Positions 1 to 9,492 of a stretch of 64,000 bases of DNA are shown here, in pieces. Every line of letters starts with the position of its first letter. Position 1 is the first letter of the stretch. Below the pieces are notes generated by a model. The model worked only from the letters and a program-made list of their open reading frames with translations. It was not told where the DNA came from and did not search any database. The position numbers and the translations under genes are program-made. Source of the DNA: Spirochaetaceae bacterium (lineage in GTDB: Bacteria > Spirochaetota > Spirochaetia > DSM-2461); assembly GCA_051531975.1 (NCBI GenBank), contig JAOPTT010000007.1, positions 216,985 to 280,984 of the forward strand, read 5' to 3'.

Positions 1-16
1 TATCCAGGGGGTATTT

Positions 17-808
17 ATGCCTTTGGCCTCTTCTAATGACATGCCAATATCTGAGGATTATATTGAAATAGAAGAACCAGATATAGCAATTGAAAATATG
101 GAAGGTGGAATTCGGGCCTTAGTTTATCCAGGATCTGTTAGTCTATCTGCTAGTTATTTAACTATCTTAGATCGTTATCCTACAGATGCAATGGAGACAA
201 TGGTCATGCCTCCATCATTTACATACTCTATCCCAACAGTTTTAGGATACAATAGACAACACATCATCGGTTTTGATGCTGTATGGTTAGTTGGTGGTTT
301 TGATCTTAGAACAGAGTGGGCTTATACCATTACTGACGATACCCATGGAACTGATGTTTATTCACAAAATCCATTCCTAAATGGTGTAGTACAAGGTAGT
401 AGAAGCTTTTTTGATGGGACAACTAGTGTATCTCTATCTTGGGCTCCTAAATACATTACTAACTTCGAGGACCCATATATTCCTGAATCAATGCCCTTTT
501 TAAGTAACCTCTACATGGGGCAAGGTTATGAATGGGAAAATATGGTTGGAATACGAATCCAATCTAAGTTCTTAAATGAAACTCTTCAGCCAGAAGCTAT
601 GTTTTTAGCTGCTTTATCTGCTAAGGATCATCTGACAACAGCAGGTGTCTCGTATAACCTCGCAGATGGGTGGAACCTAAAACTTGGAGTAAGTTTATAT
701 GGATCATTTTTAGAAGAGTCAGATACAGATAGACAGCTTGGAGTCTTTGGCAATGATAACATGATTGATAGCGACTCAATTTATTTTCAGATTCGATTAG
801 ATTTATAA
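17..808 (+). CDS. Partial (5'-truncated) putative outer-membrane beta-barrel protein, DUF1302-like
   Basis: Frame is open back to the window edge (atc cag ggg gta ttt atg). Alternating aromatic/hydrophobic beta-strand pattern and C-terminal SIYFQIRLDL resembling a barrel beta-signal. Confidence 0.5.
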   Translation: MPLASSNDMPISEDYIEIEEPDIAIENMEGGIRALVYPGSVSLSASYLTILDRYPTDAMETMVMPPSFTYSIPTVLGYNRQHIIGFDAVWLVGGFDLRTEWAYTITDDTHGTDVYSQNPFLNGVVQGSRSFFDGTTSVSLSWAPKYITNFEDPYIPESMPFLSNLYMGQGYEWENMVGIRIQSKFLNETLQPEAMFLAALSAKDHLTTAGVSYNLADGWNLKLGVSLYGSFLEESDTDRQLGVFGNDNMIDSDSIYFQIRLDL

Positions 809-819
809 CATGATATAAT

Positions 820-847
820 AAACACTAGGGGATAATTCCTAGTGTTT
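820..847 (+). terminator. Intrinsic terminator hairpin
   Basis: AAACACTAGG-8nt-CCTAGTGTTT just after the stop at 808. Confidence 0.7.
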
Positions 848-920
848 ACTTAAAAAAAATCATACTAAAGTAGTATTTTCCTTATTTCTATAAAATGAAT
901 AATAATATTAGAGGTTCCAA

Positions 921-1448
921 ATGAAAGAAGTGATAAAATATAAAATAGCTATAGAGTCGGAAAGACTTTTACTAAGAAATCTAACCCCACTAGATAAGGA
1001 TTTTCTTCTGGATCTTTGGACCAATGACCAAGTTACAAAATATATGGGAGGTCCTAGATTAAGAGATAAATTATCTATTAGTTTAGATGAAGATATAACT
1101 GAACCGTATAAATATGAATTTGACTTGTGGATATTAGTTGATAAATCTACAGGTAAATCTATAGGACACTGTGGTTTATTAGATAAGGAAGTAGAAGGTA
1201 ATAGTGAAATTGAAGTGGTTTATGTTATAGATCCTAATTTTTGGGGAAAGGGATATGCTACAGAGATTTCAAAAGCAGTCATAGACTATGCTTTTAGTAC
1301 AAAAAAATTAAACAGAGTAATTGCTTTAATAAAACCAAATAATATTGCATCAGAAAAGGTAGCCAGTAATTGTGGAATGGTTCATGAAAAAGATGTTGTA
1401 AGAGAAACTGGTATTAATATGAAACTTTATTCAAAAAGTAGTTTATAA
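921..1448 (+). CDS. GNAT family N-acetyltransferase (RimJ/RimL type)
   Basis: IESERLLLR start, FWGKGYATE acetyl-CoA motif, N..S.KV...CGM motif; SD GAGGT. Confidence 0.85.
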   Translation: MKEVIKYKIAIESERLLLRNLTPLDKDFLLDLWTNDQVTKYMGGPRLRDKLSISLDEDITEPYKYEFDLWILVDKSTGKSIGHCGLLDKEVEGNSEIEVVYVIDPNFWGKGYATEISKAVIDYAFSTKKLNRVIALIKPNNIASEKVASNCGMVHEKDVVRETGINMKLYSKSSL

Positions 1449-1868
1449 TAACTCTTCCATTAAAGTATCAATACTATCTAAACAGAGCTTTAATTTCTCA
1501 TCAGTCCATACTTTATCCCTAGAGAAGAAGTTCTTCTTCATATTCGATAAAAAGTATTCAACCTTACTATTTCCTAATTTTGTTAGAGCTAACTCTGTTT
1601 GTCTCTTATCCGATTGTGACGTTTTTTTCTCTATGAACCCTTTAACTGTAAGCTTTTTTACTTCTCGGCTGCAGTTTGGTAGATTTATATTTAAACACTG
1701 ACTTAAGCTACTCACATTTTTAGAACAGCTAAAATATAGAACCTTTAAAAGATTAAGTTGTAAGTCTGTTACATCAATATAGTTCTCTGGGCTATCTAGA
1801 GCAACTTCGAGCTCGTATACTTTTGATATTAAACTAACAGTTTTGTTAAATAGATCGTCCTTCATCAT
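1443..1868 (-). CDS. MarR family transcriptional regulator
   Basis: wHTH with SREVKKL..KGFI...DKR...LT..G signature. Start uncertain: ATG at 1883, 1868 or 1865; the TTG at 1916 lies inside the operator. Confidence 0.8.
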   Translation of the reverse strand: MMKDDLFNKTVSLISKVYELEVALDSPENYIDVTDLQLNLLKVLYFSCSKNVSSLSQCLNINLPNCSREVKKLTVKGFIEKKTSQSDKRQTELALTKLGNSKVEYFLSNMKKNFFSRDKVWTDEKLKLCLDSIDTLMEELL

Positions 1869-1888
1869 ATTATATAATCTCATTAATA

Positions 1889-1949
1889 TTATCAAATAAC
1901 AATTATCAATTGACAACTATTGTTGTTTGGGTATATTATCAAATGATAA
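1889..1949. promoter_or_regulatory. Three MarR-type operator boxes overlapping a sigma70 promoter
   Basis: TTATCAAATAACAA (1889-1902), TTATCAATTGACAA (1903-1916), TTATCAAATGATAA (1936-1949); TTGACA 1910-1915 with TATTAT 1934-1939. Confidence 0.7.
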
Positions 1950-1968
1950 GTAATTATAGGAGAATAAA

Positions 1969-2553
1969 ATGAATGTATTAATAATATATACACACCCTAA
2001 TAGAAAAAGTTTAAATGGTGGATTTTTAGAAAAAACAGTTGAGGGATTAAAACTCAATAGTAGTGTTCAAAACATTGAAGTTTTAGATCTATATCAAGAA
2101 AACTTTAATCCTGCACTGATTTTTAATGAAGATAAAAGAAGAAGAGATATGTTTAAAGATCCACTTTTAAACAGATATAGAGATCAGATAACTAAATCAG
2201 ATAAAATAGTTTTTATTTATCCTATTTGGTGGGGAAGACCACCTGCTATGTTGTTAGGTTTTTTTGATCAATTATTTGCAACCAACTTTGCATATAAATA
2301 TGAGAAAGGGCAGATTATGCCTACAGGTCTATTAAAAGGTAAAAAGGTAATCTGTATTTCTACAATGAAGGGTCCAGCAGGATATTTACGTCTGTTATAT
2401 GGTAATGTTCACCAAGTTTTAATGAAGAAAGTACTGCTTAGTTTTGTAGGGATAAAAAAGGTTCGATTCTTGGAATTTGGTAATATGGAAGCTAATAATG
2501 GCAAACAGGAACTATATTTAGAGAAGACAAAAAACATAATGGCCAAATTATAG
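1969..2553 (+). CDS. NAD(P)H-dependent oxidoreductase (flavodoxin-2 / quinone reductase family)
   Basis: IYTHP..KSLN, YPIWWGRPPAMLLGFFD motifs; SD AGGAG. Confidence 0.85.
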   Translation: MNVLIIYTHPNRKSLNGGFLEKTVEGLKLNSSVQNIEVLDLYQENFNPALIFNEDKRRRDMFKDPLLNRYRDQITKSDKIVFIYPIWWGRPPAMLLGFFDQLFATNFAYKYEKGQIMPTGLLKGKKVICISTMKGPAGYLRLLYGNVHQVLMKKVLLSFVGIKKVRFLEFGNMEANNGKQELYLEKTKNIMAKL

Positions 2554-2623
2554 GTTAAAACAGTACTATAGGAGTATAGAGTCAAATTCCAAGGTCATCT
2601 ATACTTCTTAATAGAAGGTGAAT

Positions 2624-3130
2624 ATGGATATAAAATTAATTAGTAAAAATGATAAAGAAGCTCTTTTTGATTTTGAAGTAAGAAATAGAGATTGGTTTGA
2701 GCAGAGTGTTCCCCCACGACCAACCGGTTATTTTAAGTATGAAAGTTTTTCTAATATAATAGACTCTCTATTAGCTGAACAATTACAAGGTCTCTGCTAT
2801 TTATATGTAATTTATCAAAACAACAAAATTGTAGGGAGGGTAAATATCTCAGCAATTAATTCTGAGGTTGGAGATATTGGTTATAGGGTTTGTAAAGATC
2901 ATATAGGGCAAGGAATTGGAACAAAAGCACTTAGGTTTTTAATCAAAAATGCTAAAGATGTACATGGCCTTAAATCCTTAACAGCTAAAACAACACCGGA
3001 TAACTATGGTTCTCAAAGGGTTATGGAGAAGTGTGGTTTTAATTATGTTAAAACAGAAAAAAATGCTGGGACTCTAAACAATAAAAGTATAGACTTTGTA
3101 TGTTATCAGTTACATATTTGTAGTATCTGA
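2624..3130 (+). CDS. GNAT family N-acetyltransferase (RimJ-like)
   Basis: FEVRNRDWFE, GYRV...GQGIGT, N.GSQRVMEKCGF motifs; SD AAGGTG before ATG 2624 (alternative GTG 2618). Confidence 0.85.
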   Translation: MDIKLISKNDKEALFDFEVRNRDWFEQSVPPRPTGYFKYESFSNIIDSLLAEQLQGLCYLYVIYQNNKIVGRVNISAINSEVGDIGYRVCKDHIGQGIGTKALRFLIKNAKDVHGLKSLTAKTTPDNYGSQRVMEKCGFNYVKTEKNAGTLNNKSIDFVCYQLHICSI

Positions 3131-3138
3131 TGCTTTTA

Positions 3139-3216
3139 GCTACATTTTTGTAGCATCCTTTTCTGTTGAATTATATCATTCATCCTTTTTTATATTGTCT
3201 CGCACAAATATGTAGC
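3139..3216. promoter_or_regulatory. Two candidate enhancer (UAS) sites for a sigma54 activator
   Basis: Perfect palindrome GCTACA-TTTT-TGTAGC at 3139-3154 and related CGCACA-AATA-TGTAGC at 3201-3216, upstream of the -24/-12 element. Confidence 0.55.
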
Positions 3217-3274
3217 TTTTAAATCGTTGTCCTATATGTATTTAACATGAATATCTTTTTTTCTCTCACATTTT

Positions 3275-3290
3275 TGGCACTCTATTTGCA
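3275..3290 (+). promoter_or_regulatory. sigma54 (-24/-12) promoter of amtB-glnK
   Basis: TGGCAC-TCTAT-TTGCA, an exact match to TGGCAC-N5-TTGCW, 32 nt before the ATG. Confidence 0.85.
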
Positions 3291-3322
3291 TGTATATGAG
3301 TAAATTATGTACGGAGTAAATT

Positions 3323-4651
3323 ATGAAATTATTTGGAAATAGAAAATTAGTTCTGTTGCTTATTATTGGGTTAGTAATCTTAACCCCTGCAGCAGCTGAG
3401 GGTAGCTCACTAAGTAGTTTAACTATTGGTTTAGATACAGTATGGGTTCTTTTAGGGGCCTTTTTAGTATTTTTTATGCAAGCTGGTTTTGGAATGGTCG
3501 AAGCTGGATTTATTAGAGCTAAAAACTCAGTTAATATATTAACTAAGAACTTTTTAGACTTTTGTATGGCATCTATAGGGTTCTTTATTTTTGGTTATGC
3601 AATAATGTTTGGTCAAGGTAACGGTTTTATGGGGTGGACAGGTTTTGCTCTAATTGGTGCAGAGAGTGGAGCAGATGTTCCATTGTTTGCATTCTGGTTA
3701 TTCCAAGCGGCATTTTGTGGTGCAGCAGCAACAATTGTAGCTGGTGGTATGGCAGAAAGAATGAAGTTTAAAGCATATTTAATATACTCATTTTTAATTT
3801 CTGCTTTTGTTTATCCAATAATTGGTCATTGGGTTTGGGGTGGAGGTTGGTTATCGACACTTAACTTTGCCGACTTTGCCGGTTCAGCAGTTGTTCATAC
3901 TACCGGTGGTATTGCCGCTTTAGTTGGGACAATAATATTAAAACCTAGAACAGGAAAATATAGACCTGACGGCAGTGTTAAGATGATTGCCGGTCATAAC
4001 ATTCCTTTAGCATCGTTAGGTGTTTTTATATTATGGTTTGGTTGGTTTGGATTTAATGCTGGATCAACATTAGGTGTAGGTGATGGTTCTCTAATTTCAT
4101 TAGTTGCTATAAATACAAACCTTGCAGCAGCAGCTGGTGGTATTATTGCAATGGTAGTTGTGTGGATAAAATCAGGTAAACCTGACCTTTCCATGGCACT
4201 TAATGGTGCATTAGCAGGTTTAGTTGCAGTTACTGCTCCTTGTGCTTTTATTAGCCCTGTGTCAGCAATCATAATAGGTTCCATTGGTGGTTTTTTAGTT
4301 GTATTTGCATCACTGTTATTAGATAAACTTAAAATAGATGATCCCGTTGGTGCCTTCCCTGTACATGGTGTTAATGGTATATGGGGTGCATTGTCAATTG
4401 GTCTATTTGGTCGAGAGTCTTTAGGATTAACATCAGATGGTCTACTATTTGGTGGTGGATTTGATGTTTTAGGAGTTCAAGCTTTAGGAATTGTTTCAAT
4501 TGTTGCATTTGTAGCAGTTGTAATGGGACTTATATTTTTAATAATTGATAAGACAGTAGGTTTACGAGCATCGGTTGATGAAGAGTATATTGGATTAGAT
4601 ATTGGTGAACATGGACTAGAAGCATATTCTGGCTTCCAGATTATAGAGTAG
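3323..4651 (+). CDS. amtB: Ammonium transporter
   Basis: FFMQAGF, DFAGSAVVH, WFGWFGFN, DDPVGAFPVHG motifs (twin His present); N-terminal signal peptide. Confidence 0.97.
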   Translation: MKLFGNRKLVLLLIIGLVILTPAAAEGSSLSSLTIGLDTVWVLLGAFLVFFMQAGFGMVEAGFIRAKNSVNILTKNFLDFCMASIGFFIFGYAIMFGQGNGFMGWTGFALIGAESGADVPLFAFWLFQAAFCGAAATIVAGGMAERMKFKAYLIYSFLISAFVYPIIGHWVWGGGWLSTLNFADFAGSAVVHTTGGIAALVGTIILKPRTGKYRPDGSVKMIAGHNIPLASLGVFILWFGWFGFNAGSTLGVGDGSLISLVAINTNLAAAAGGIIAMVVVWIKSGKPDLSMALNGALAGLVAVTAPCAFISPVSAIIIGSIGGFLVVFASLLLDKLKIDDPVGAFPVHGVNGIWGALSIGLFGRESLGLTSDGLLFGGGFDVLGVQALGIVSIVAFVAVVMGLIFLIIDKTVGLRASVDEEYIGLDIGEHGLEAYSGFQIIE

Positions 4652-4660
4652 GGGGATTAA

Positions 4661-5002
4661 ATGTACTTAATTACAGCAATGATAAAACCACAAAGGTTTG
4701 AAGAAGTAAAAAAAGAGCTTTTCGAGGCAAATATTCATAAAATGACTGTTACATCAGTAAAAGGTTGTGGTCAGCAAAAAGGTTACGAAGAGTCTTTTAG
4801 GGGAGTAGCCACAGAAGTTAATCTACTTAATAAAATGCGTATTGATATAGCCATAAATGAAGAATTTAAAGATGCAGCTATTGAAGCTATTATTAAAGGT
4901 GCTAGAACTGAAACTATTGGTGACGGTAAAATTTTTGTAACAGAACTTAAAGAGTGTATTAGAATCAGAACCGGGGAAGAAGGTACTGAAGCTATAGGAT
5001 AG
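4661..5002 (+). CDS. glnK: P-II family nitrogen regulator
   Basis: 113 aa, G.GQQKG T-loop, IGDGKIFV, IRIRTGE; directly after amtB. Confidence 0.95.
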   Translation: MYLITAMIKPQRFEEVKKELFEANIHKMTVTSVKGCGQQKGYEESFRGVATEVNLLNKMRIDIAINEEFKDAAIEAIIKGARTETIGDGKIFVTELKECIRIRTGEEGTEAIG

Positions 5003-5055
5003 TACCCAATATGTACTTTTATTGAGTACGTCTTTTGAGTATAAAGAACAAATTC

Positions 5056-5086
5056 ACTATAACTACTCAAAAGTAGTAGTTATAGT
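5056..5086. terminator. Inverted repeat after glnK (likely terminator)
   Basis: ACTATAACTACT-7nt-AGTAGTTATAGT; no clear U tract. Confidence 0.5.
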
Positions 5087-5111
5087 AATATCATTCTGTT
5101 AATATGCTTTT

Positions 5112-6200
5112 ATGGAACTAAAGTATAAGCGTGTTATTGAACATTTAATTAATATATTTAATGTAGAATCTTATGTAACTGGTAAACAATTACCAACAGA
5201 ATTTGAAATAATGGATCAGCTTGGTGTTAGTAGAAATACTGTTCGAAAAGCTATTCTTGAGATGGAAAAAGATGGTCTTGTAAAACGTAAACATGGAAGT
5301 GGTACATTTTATGTAGGTAATACTACTCCTGAAATACCATCAGGTGGATTAATTGGTTTAGTTAACTTTTCCGGTATGGGTTATATTTTCCCAGAGATTA
5401 TTAAAGGTGTAGAGGATACACTATATAGTAGTGGGTTTTCTATAGTTTTAGCTGGTAGTTGTAGTGACCCAGAACGAGAGTTGACTTCGTTAAAGCTTTT
5501 AAAAGAGCAAAATGTTAAAGGCTTAATTATGGATCTTTCCCGCTATTTTAATGTCGATACACAGGTTCCAGTCTTAGAGCTTGTTAAATCTTTTAATATC
5601 CCTGTAATAACTACACATTGGAGTGGTACTTTAAAAGAGTTTTCTACGGTTTACATAAACGATGAGTTAGCTGGATATGATGCAACAAATTACCTAATAG
5701 AAAAAGGTCATACTAAGATAGGTATGGTATATAAAAATAATACTCAAGCAGGTTGTTTTAGATATAACGGATATTGTAGAGCGCTAAAAGAGGCTGGTAT
5801 TGCCTATGATGAATCTAAGGTCACAACCTATGCTGATTTTGATGAATCACATGATGTTGCACATGCTTATACATGTACAGAAGAGCTTTTAGATGCAACA
5901 AATAGAGATATAACAGCTATTTTTTATTATACAGATAAGTGTGCAATGGAAGGTTATAAAGCTATTGAGAAAAATGGACTATCAATTCCAAATGATATAT
6001 CTGTTCTAGGATTTGATAATTATCAGTCTTCTATGTTGATTTCTCCTGCTCTTACAACTTTTAACCACCCTAAATATGAATTAGGTCGATGGGCTGCAAA
6101 AATGTTATTAGATGAAATATCTGAAGAAGAAGTTCACCAGGCAAAAAGCCTTAGGTTTGAGCCCCATATTATCGAACGAGATAGTGTAAAAGAGCTGTAG
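5112..6200 (+). CDS. AraR-like repressor (GntR wHTH + LacI-type sugar-binding domain), copy 1
   Basis: LPTE..I...LGVSRNTVRKA..G.GTFY N-terminus; GHTKI, IPNDISVLGFDN, ERDSV C-terminus. Confidence 0.88.
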   Translation: MELKYKRVIEHLINIFNVESYVTGKQLPTEFEIMDQLGVSRNTVRKAILEMEKDGLVKRKHGSGTFYVGNTTPEIPSGGLIGLVNFSGMGYIFPEIIKGVEDTLYSSGFSIVLAGSCSDPERELTSLKLLKEQNVKGLIMDLSRYFNVDTQVPVLELVKSFNIPVITTHWSGTLKEFSTVYINDELAGYDATNYLIEKGHTKIGMVYKNNTQAGCFRYNGYCRALKEAGIAYDESKVTTYADFDESHDVAHAYTCTEELLDATNRDITAIFYYTDKCAMEGYKAIEKNGLSIPNDISVLGFDNYQSSMLISPALTTFNHPKYELGRWAAKMLLDEISEEEVHQAKSLRFEPHIIERDSVKEL

Positions 6201-6218
6201 ATTATTTACAGCCCTTTT
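6188..6218. terminator. Bidirectional terminator between convergent genes
   Basis: AAAAGAGCTGTA...TACAGCCCTTTT. Confidence 0.6.
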
Positions 6219-6230
6219 ATTACATAAAAA

Positions 6231-7064
6231 CTAACCTTTAACAGCACCAATAGTTAAACCACTAATTAACTGCTTAGAAAAAAGTATTACAACTATGATT
6301 ATAGGTGTAACCGAGATTGTAATCCCTAGATAAATTGCACCAAAGTTTGTCTCGTAGAGACCTCTAATGTTTGAAACAACAATAGGCATTGGAAATTTAC
6401 TAGCAGAATTAAGCAGAACCAATGGGTTAATAAGGTCATTCCATTTACCAATAAAAGTGAAAATAGACATTGTAGCAATAGAAGGCATTGCTAGAGGAAC
6501 AATTATTCTCCTGAATATATATCCTTCATTAGCTCCATCAATTAGCCCAGCTTCAATTAGTGAATCTGGAATACTAGATTGAATATAGGATCTAATAAAA
6601 AATACCATTGCAGCATTTGCCATATTGGGAACTATTAAGGGTAGGTAAGAGTCTATTAATCCAAGGTTAACACATAGATCATAAAACCCAATTAGCCCTA
6701 GTTGTTGAGGAATCATCATTGTTCCTAGAACAATAAAAAATAGAACCTCTCTACCTTTAAATTTAAACTTAGCAAAACCGTAGGCAGTTAATGTACTAAA
6801 AAATGCAGAAAGTAGTACTGCAGGAACAGCAATTATAATACTGTTAATAAAACCAGCCCAGATGTTAACCTTACCCTGTATAATTTCATAATTTTCTAAT
6901 AGCTGGTCTCCTGGTGTAATCCATATCCCTTGAGAAATCTCAGTATTACTGTGTGTCGAATTTATAACCATCATGTAAAAAGGAACAATACATATAAAAG
7001 CTATAAATATTAAAATCGTATATAAAAGTATTTTTTGAACAAGTGTATTCTTTTCGATTACCAT
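6231..7064 (-). CDS. Carbohydrate ABC transporter permease (MalG-like), copy 1
   Basis: Multiple TM segments, EAA loop (EAGLIDGA), C-terminal GAVKG. Confidence 0.92.
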   Translation of the reverse strand: MVIEKNTLVQKILLYTILIFIAFICIVPFYMMVINSTHSNTEISQGIWITPGDQLLENYEIIQGKVNIWAGFINSIIIAVPAVLLSAFFSTLTAYGFAKFKFKGREVLFFIVLGTMMIPQQLGLIGFYDLCVNLGLIDSYLPLIVPNMANAAMVFFIRSYIQSSIPDSLIEAGLIDGANEGYIFRRIIVPLAMPSIATMSIFTFIGKWNDLINPLVLLNSASKFPMPIVVSNIRGLYETNFGAIYLGITISVTPIIIVVILFSKQLISGLTIGAVKG

Positions 7065-7073
7065 ATATCCCTC

Positions 7074-7961
7074 CTATTCTTTATCAGTTAAAAATTTAAA
7101 CATAAATGCAGATAATATTAAAATTATTATGAACAGTGCATAAGCTAATGCTGCCGCATATCCTAGGTTAAAGTTTTTAAATGCTTGGTTATATAGATAT
7201 AGTACCATTGTTAAAATGGAGTTATCTGGACCACCACGACCATTTGTTAAAACTTTTGGTATGTCGAATATCTGTAGTCCACCAATTAAAGATGTAACCA
7301 TTACATATAACATTGTAGGTTTTAACAGAGGAAGAGTTATACTAAAAAATGCCTGAGATCTTGAGGCACCATCAATATGTGCAGCTTCGTATAATTCAGT
7401 AGAGATCGCATTTAATCCAGCCATCATGATAATCATTGTATAACCAAACCATTGCCACCACTGAATAAAGGAAACTGATCCTTGAACAACTAAACCCATT
7501 GATAGGTAGTTAATAGGTTCTTTAATAATACCAATTGCTAATAAAGCATGGTTTAACGTTCCAAATCTCCAGTCTAAAAGTACAGCAAAAAGCACACCGA
7601 TAGATGAAGCTGTAACTAAGTTAGGTAAAAAATATACAGTACGTAAAGTTTCACGACCTTTAATGTTTTTATTAGTTAAAATTACACCTAAAAGTAGTGC
7701 AAAAACTATTTGAGGGATATAGTTTCCCAGCCATATAAAAAAAGTATTACCAATAGCTTTGTAAAAATACTCATTAGTAAATAATCTCTGATAATTTGCA
7801 AATCCAACAAACTCACTCTCTATCATACTAATAGGTTTTTGAAAGCTTAAGATGAATGAGTAGATAATAGGGTAAACTTGAAATGTTAACATCGCAATAA
7901 AGTAAGGAAGTATAAATAAATAGCCTTTGTTACCACGTTTCTTAAAAAAGTTCTTGAACAT
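7074..7961 (-). CDS. Carbohydrate ABC transporter permease (MalF-like), copy 1
   Basis: FVGFANY, ELYEAAHIDGA, GYAAA motifs. Confidence 0.92.
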   Translation of the reverse strand: MFKNFFKKRGNKGYLFILPYFIAMLTFQVYPIIYSFILSFQKPISMIESEFVGFANYQRLFTNEYFYKAIGNTFFIWLGNYIPQIVFALLLGVILTNKNIKGRETLRTVYFLPNLVTASSIGVLFAVLLDWRFGTLNHALLAIGIIKEPINYLSMGLVVQGSVSFIQWWQWFGYTMIIMMAGLNAISTELYEAAHIDGASRSQAFFSITLPLLKPTMLYVMVTSLIGGLQIFDIPKVLTNGRGGPDNSILTMVLYLYNQAFKNFNLGYAAALAYALFIIILILSAFMFKFLTDKE

Positions 7962-8002
7962 AATAATCTCCTCATGTCCTCGTATTATTAAAAAAGTAAA
8001 AA

Positions 8003-8026
8003 ATACCGGACATCTCTGCCCGGTAT
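8003..8026 (-). terminator. Stem-loop plus U tract between SBP1 and permease
   Basis: Minus strand ATACCGGGCA...TGTCCGGTAT followed by TTTTTACTTTTTT. Confidence 0.6.
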
Positions 8027-8054
8027 CTATAATTTATTTATGCAAAATAATATT

Positions 8055-9389
8055 CTACTGAACGTCTAAGTCTGGTAAAATCTCATTAACTGCTTTTTTG
8101 AAGTCTGCAATTGCATCTTCGTAAGACTTTTGTCCATCAGCATATAAACCAACTTGGTCTCCAAATGCATTTTCGATTTGGAAATCCCATGCACCACGGT
8201 GACTTACGTCAATTTTCTTAGCTTCCTCATGGAAGTACTCATAGTGGTTTTGTCCACCTAAGAATTCTTGTTTGAAAGTACTTTTGATCTTGTCAGAAAC
8301 CTTAACATTTGCAACATAATCACCAGTTTTTAATGCCCATTTTTCTAAGAAACCTTCGTCAGAACCGATAAACTTAACAAATTGGAAAGCAAGTTCTTTT
8401 TGCTTACTAGCTCTGTTAACACCAATCCATGTACCACCCCAGCTATATGATGCAGGTGGAACAGCCATTCCCCAGTCTCCAGTGAAATCCATTTCACCTT
8501 TTTCTGCTTCTGGCTCAGCATTTGGTCTAAGTACATAATGAAGACCCCATGTTGGTAGGATATAACACATAACTGAACCATCTGCCATTGATGAGAACCA
8601 AGGTGGTTGCCATGTAGTAGTTCCAGATTCAATGTTGTTATCTCTCATTTTTTTAGCTAATGACATATAGTCTAACATTCCTTGAGGAATAACTAATTTA
8701 TTATTAACAATATATGGTTGCTCTCTTAAGTTATAGATAAATTGTGACATATCACTGTAACCAGCTAATAAGAATTTATCTGTACCAAACTTAGCATTAA
8801 CCATTTCACCTAATTCATAAAACTTGTTTAGGTCACTAGTATATTTTGAAACTTCAGCTGGATCATCTGTTCCAAGAACAGCTTTTGCAATACTTCTTCT
8901 ATAAAATAATGCTCCAGGAGTTGCTTGCCATGATAACGCAGTAATTTTACCGTCTTTATCTCTACTTGAGTTAGGAACATAAGGAACTAGGTCAGAAACT
9001 AATTCTTCAGCATTATATGGTGCATCAGAGATAGGCTCCCAGTAACCAGCATCAATAAATTGCTTGTAGAATGCAGCTTCACCAGTAAACGCATCAGGTC
9101 CACCAGCTCCAGATCTTAATGTAGTATTAATTTTGTTTAAATAAACTTCATCAGCATTAGGAATAACAACAAACTCTACTTCAATGTTTGGGTAAACTTC
9201 GTTAAACATTGGGATCATGTCAGTAAGCTCATCAGTAAATGACCATACTACAATTTTACCTGAATAATCAGCAGGTGTCATTGCTTTCATGTCAACTGTT
9301 GGTGCAACAGCTTCCTCTTTGTTATTGCTCGCCATAAGTGTAGTTGCTGAGATAGCAGCTATCATTACTACCAGTAATAATTTTTTCAT
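8055..9389 (-). CDS. Oligosaccharide ABC substrate-binding protein (family 1), copy 1
   Basis: Signal peptide, VWSF, PGALFYRR, WGGTWIGV motifs. Confidence 0.92.
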   Translation of the reverse strand: MKKLLLVVMIAAISATTLMASNNKEEAVAPTVDMKAMTPADYSGKIVVWSFTDELTDMIPMFNEVYPNIEVEFVVIPNADEVYLNKINTTLRSGAGGPDAFTGEAAFYKQFIDAGYWEPISDAPYNAEELVSDLVPYVPNSSRDKDGKITALSWQATPGALFYRRSIAKAVLGTDDPAEVSKYTSDLNKFYELGEMVNAKFGTDKFLLAGYSDMSQFIYNLREQPYIVNNKLVIPQGMLDYMSLAKKMRDNNIESGTTTWQPPWFSSMADGSVMCYILPTWGLHYVLRPNAEPEAEKGEMDFTGDWGMAVPPASYSWGGTWIGVNRASKQKELAFQFVKFIGSDEGFLEKWALKTGDYVANVKVSDKIKSTFKQEFLGGQNHYEYFHEEAKKIDVSHRGAWDFQIENAFGDQVGLYADGQKSYEDAIADFKKAVNEILPDLDVQ

Positions 9390-9463
9390 TTAATTCTCCT
9401 TTTATATAATTGTTCTTTAATTGTTCCCTCAGTGGTGACAATGCTAGAACAAGCTCATTACTA

Positions 9464-9492
9464 ATCATAGTTCTTGAATAGACATCTGTCAA
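9464..9492 (-). promoter_or_regulatory. sigma70 promoter of ABC module copy 1
   Basis: TTGACA(9492-9487)-17-TATGAT(9469-9464). Confidence 0.7.

Noticed and set aside
3228..3240. 13-bp match TGTCCTATATGTA shared with 21997-22009 (reverse strand)
   Set aside because: One 13-mer match is expected by chance in AT-rich intergenic DNA, and the two operons have no obvious shared regulation
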